Shown here: one piece after another, positions 62,522 through 64,000 of the stretch
How the letters are laid out: each line of letters begins with the position of its first letter
Position numbering within the stretch: position 1 is the first letter of the stretch
Assembly: GCF_006345805.1 (NCBI RefSeq)
Contig: NC_043000.1
Location: 11,780,001 to 11,844,000 of the forward strand
Length of the DNA stretch: 64,000 bases
Source: Octopus sinensis
Lineage: Eukaryota
Direction: 5' to 3'
The notes under the pieces: generated by a model
The model's database searches: none
Told to the model about the DNA's origin: nothing
The model's input: only the letters and a program-made list of their open reading frames with translations
Translations under genes and position numbers: made by a program

Positions 62522-62950
62522 CTAGCGGTGTTTCGTCTGTCTTTATGTTTTGAGTTCAAATTCCGCCGAGGTTGACTTTGCCTTTCGTCCTTTCGGGGTC
62601 GATAAATTAAGTACCAGCTACGCACTGAGGTCGATGTAATCGACTTAATCCCTGTGTCTGTCCTTGTTTGTCCCCCCCTCTATGTTTAGCCCCTTGTGGG
62701 CAATAAAGAAACATATGCGCGCGCGCGCGAGTGTTTGTTCGTGTGTGTGTGTGTGTCTTTGTATCTCTGCTTTGTCCCGCCACCGACAGCCGGTGATAGA
62801 GTGTTTACGTCCCCGTAACTTAAAGAGATGATAGAATAGATACTAGGCTTAAAGATAAGTACTGAGGGCGTTTCGTTTGACTAAATTTCCTCAAGGCGGT
62901 GCCCTAGCATGGCTGCAGTCTAATGACTGAAACAAGTAAAAGAGTAAAGA
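62355..62950 (+). mobile_element. SINE-A with SINE-B1 (62522-62712) nested in its internal microsatellite
   Basis: A 5' part, (TG)n, B1 body, then the A 3' half and tail. Confidence 0.8.
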
Positions 62951-63367
62951 GTATATGTATGTGTGTATGTATATAAATTCATATATATACTTATATATGA
63001 TTATATATACTTATGTATGATTATATATATCTGTGTATACATGCGCGTGCGCAAACGCGTGCACTCACACACACACTCACATATATATATATATGTAAAG
63101 AGAGAACACCAATGACGTTTAAACTGACACATGTTGATGTACCGAGGATATACTGAATCCTTATAACTGACGGCTTTATTTATATCTGCTCAGTGTTGCC
63201 TCACTTCAGTATTTCCCATTGATAACGGCTAAAGAGCTAGAAATGCTGTGTCTGGGAATCCAACGGGAGGCAGCACATTTTACACATTTTACCATAAGAG
63301 AGAATTTTTGCTCCTTGGTAACTGCAGTAAATTTGCCTTTAGAAGCTGAAATGTCAAACATTTTTTG

Positions 63368-63423
63368 TAACTAACCTAAAATTCGTATATATATAAATAT
63401 ATATACGAATTTTAGGTTAGTTA
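63368..63423. repeat. Perfect palindrome, 27-bp arms, TA-rich centre
   Basis: taactaacctaaaattcgtatatatat-aa-atatatatacgaattttaggttagtta. Confidence 0.95.
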
Positions 63424-63649
63424 GAAAGGAAAATGGAGGAAAAATAACAATATGAATTGTGTCATTTGCGCTAGGATGTCATTATTTAATTAGTTAAGAA
63501 AGGTGAGGGTAAATTACCTGCTGCTGTATACCTTTTACCAAGGAATATACCTACTGAGCTAATTACCAGGAGTGCCTTTGAATATATCTATCCCTTAGAG
63601 GCTTTAAACACCTGTAACTTATTCATATATATGTATGTATATATTATAT

Positions 63650-63707
<58 letters not shown>

Positions 63708-63734
63708 TATGTATGTATGTATGTATGTATGTAT

Positions 63735-63910
63735 GGGGAGAATTCACGAAAAAAAACAGATGAAGGCAGGTGGTGTAGAAAACAGATGTATAGTATAACG
63801 CTCGGGATTGAAAAAGTGTTTAACATTTCGAGCCTTCGCTCTTTCACAGAAAGGAACAGAAAGAAACAAGGAAGGAAATAAATGTGTGTAGTGGCTACCG
63901 ATCTATCATG
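63735..63910 (-). mobile_element. Family E repeat, decayed hammerhead motif
   Basis: Minus strand ctgtgaa-a-gagcgaaggctc-gaaatgtt at 63818-63855. Confidence 0.6.
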
Positions 63911-63948
63911 GCGAATCATGTATGTATGTATGTATATAGATGTGTGTG

Positions 63949-63980
<32 letters not shown>

Positions 63981-64000
63981 TGTATGTATGTATGTATGTA

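Overview
AT-rich, repeat-saturated eukaryotic DNA (intergenic or large-intron type). The repeat repertoire looks like that of an Octopus genome; this is an inference from recalled repeat motifs, not a database hit. No intact host protein-coding gene is supported, and nearly all track ORFs are microsatellite or satellite read-throughs. Content: dozens of tRNA-derived SINE copies (my labels A, B1/B2, C/C', J and element D); 3' or 5' fragments of CR1-, RTE-, HERO- and L1/Tx1-like LINEs; a decayed ~4.2-kb pogo-type transposon; DD37D (maT) fragments; Tc1/mariner MITEs; two 8-bp-TSD GG-terminal (Merlin-type) MITEs; Helitron-like ends; a 1.8-kb CCAG-based satellite; two tRNA pseudogenes, one being Lys-UUU with an intron; and a 100-N gap. 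Most interesting signals: (1) short (TA)n-embedded elements carrying minimal type-I hammerhead ribozyme motifs, best at 17050-17097, i.e. Penelope/retrozyme-like; (2) SINE-B1 inserting as head-to-tail multimers with a fixed junction, and landing three times in the A-box of SINE-A; (3) SINE 3' tails traceable to CR1 and RTE LINE ends present in the same window; (4) the intron-containing tRNA-Lys(UUU).
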